Shown here piece by piece: positions 62,105 through 64,000 of a DNA stretch of 64,000 bases. The translations under genes and the position numbers were made by a program. The notes beneath the pieces are model-generated. The model saw nothing but the letters and a program-made list of their open reading frames with translations. It did no database searches and had not been told where the DNA came from. The number at the start of each line of letters is the position of its first letter. Position 1 is the stretch's first letter. The stretch comes from Neodothiora populina (Eukaryota): positions 62,001 through 126,000 of the forward strand of contig NW_027191408.1 of assembly GCF_041146345.1 (NCBI RefSeq), read 5' to 3'.

Positions 62105-63024
62105 GGGAATCTCTCGGCTCCACTCAAGTATGGTATCACCTCGATAGTGTGTATATCCCAGTAGAAGAGATGGAAGACAAGGAAGAGAAACAAGAGACAG
62201 AAAGTGAAGAGAGAGAAAACAAGACTACCGTACCTTGCTGTACTCCTACCATACTATTCCAGAACGGCTAAGACTTACTGTACAAGTACCTTACAGTACC
62301 TCCCTCTATCGCACGCCATCTTTTCTCTCGTTCTTGCACTAGTCATCACAACCATTACACAATGACGAAAAAAGCGTTTCCCATCTTGTAGGATCCATGA
62401 CAATGACAATGACGATTTGTTTCCTTCTTTCTTTTCTGGGGGGAAATGGAACGACGCGAGACGCGGATCGTATCGAGATCGGGGGATCTGGGTTTAGTTA
62501 CGTCATCCCGATCTGGCTTGTGCAAGGTACCTTACTTAGGTACCGAGGATCTCATAAAGATGAGGGACGAGTCAGGCAATGGTCGGATCAATCTTGATGC
62601 TCGAGTCGTGTACTGATCTTGAAGATCCGAGGATAGACGACTGGAGCATAAGAGATGGATTGTGTATCCGAATGCATACGTTGGTGTCTAACATGCTTGA
62701 CAGACCAGAGCCCGAAGGAACACGGGGACCGAAAAAAGGCTTTTCTTTCCGTTGCAGACTAGATAGCATGATAACATAGCAAGGGATATTCGTTTACCTT
62801 GATCGAGTTCTCGAAGCCTTCAGGCATGTTTAAATTGGCTGCTGGGCGGGCGTAACCTCGACGAGCATTTTGCATTTTGAAATCACTAATTGCCTCGAAG
62901 ACTTATTAGAAGCGCTTTAGCGCTGTGCACTACTGCGAAGAGACACAATGTCTTGTTTCTTTAAAGAGAAGAGTATGTGTGAGAATATACGACGGATATG
63001 CTTCCGACTTTCATACGCATGTCT

Positions 63025-64000
63025 TCAAGGTAACGTGTTGTTGTATAGACTCTCCACAGTCACCCCTTCGATCCAGTCGCCGCCTGTGCTATCGCTCTTC
63101 ACCACGTAGCTAATATCTCGACTGTGACTAGGCAAGAGCCAGAAGCCATTGCTGTCGAACTGCACCACAGCGCCTGCTGGATAGTCTAGCCAGACCCAAG
63201 CAGCCACACCCTTTGTGGCTGTCACAGAGAAGTTCTTCGTAACATTAGAATAGGAAAGCTCGAGGCCTGGATCTACCAGTGCTGCTGATGATAAAGGCGA
63301 GGCATGCCACCAGTTCTCATGGTAGAAAGTGCGAGTCTCGTTGGAATTGGGGAGCTGACCTTTTAGTGCTGTTTCCATGTGCATGAGCACATTCGAGTAG
63401 TTGTACCCTGTAGTGTTCAAGGTGTCGAATGTGTTCTCATGGAGTACTCGTGTGGTGTTGATCGCTCCGACATCGATACTGATGGTTGTGGGTGCACTGA
63501 TGTTCAGCTCTTTGCCTGTCCAATCGTAGAATGTGATGTTCGCGGATCCGAAGGCTGGTGACCACAGATCTGAAGTAACATATACTTCCAAATCTCCAGT
63601 GGTCACATTGTAAAATGGCGCTATGATGACAGGTTGGTAAATGTCTTTTGCACCATAGTGCAGCATCTTCCAACGTCCACTATACTCGATGCCGGCCCAC
63701 GTAGGCCCCACCCAGATGTCTTCCAGCTGCCAGTACAGTGAACCCAATTGACGGTTTGACAGACCACTGCCTCTCCTGTAAAACTGTATCTCGGACCTAT
63801 ATAAATCTGTCTGGAATATTTGCGTCGTATGGCACCATGCAGAGAAGTTTGCGACGCTGTCTGACTTGTTGGGTGTCGGGTACCATTCTTGCGCAGCTCT
63901 AGTCATCTCTCCCATTCCGAGCGATGAGTTGTGGTAGTTCGTAGTATTCAGTCCGCCCGGTGGATAATGACGGTTATGCCCTTGCACGTATGTCGAGTTG
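63025..64000 (-). CDS. mndA: GH2 beta-mannosidase A-like, C-terminal part (5' end beyond the window)
   Basis: QFYRRGSG, GSLYWQLEDIW.GPTWAGIEYSGRWKMLHY, AAWVWLD, FDSNGFWL; many N-glycosylation sequons. Confidence 0.88.
   Translation of the reverse strand, partial: NSTYVQGHNRHYPPGGLNTTNYHNSSLGMGEMTRAAQEWYPTPNKSDSVANFSAWCHTTQIFQTDLYRSEIQFYRRGSGLSNRQLGSLYWQLEDIWVGPTWAGIEYSGRWKMLHYGAKDIYQPVIIAPFYNVTTGDLEVYVTSDLWSPAFGSANITFYDWTGKELNISAPTTISIDVGAINTTRVLHENTFDTLNTTGYNYSNVLMHMETALKGQLPNSNETRTFYHENWWHASPLSSAALVDPGLELSYSNVTKNFSVTATKGVAAWVWLDYPAGAVVQFDSNGFWLLPSHSRDISYVVKSDSTGGDWIEGVTVESLYNNTLP

Overview
Gene-dense eukaryotic DNA from a filamentous ascomycete (Pezizomycotina): short GT-AG introns with CTRAY branch points and typical fungal gene families. 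About 20 protein genes: SDR, acr-2-like Zn2Cys6 factor, two APC amino-acid/amine permeases, dynactin p150, DPH1, SSN6/CYC8, signal-peptide agmatinase-family ureohydrolase, MATE, MFS, PTH11-like membrane protein, IES2, PEX14/17 (PEX33), HOS3, FarA/CTF1-alpha, Nudix hydrolase, RpiB-family isomerase, TenA-family protein, UV-damage endonuclease and a truncated GH2 beta-mannosidase. I found no tRNA, rRNA, transposon or CRISPR. The most unusual locus is 56.4-57.7 kb, where an orphan ORF ends 95 nt before rpiB, can be spliced in frame to it, and is bracketed by complementary (CAG)9/(CTG)11 tracts. Other leads: dual-start UVDE, a KTEL-ending ureohydrolase beside amine transporters, a GC-AG intron, frequent AAG acceptors and an intergenic AGGTACCT motif. 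All calls come from reading by eye and remembered family motifs; no searches were run and exon boundaries are manual.
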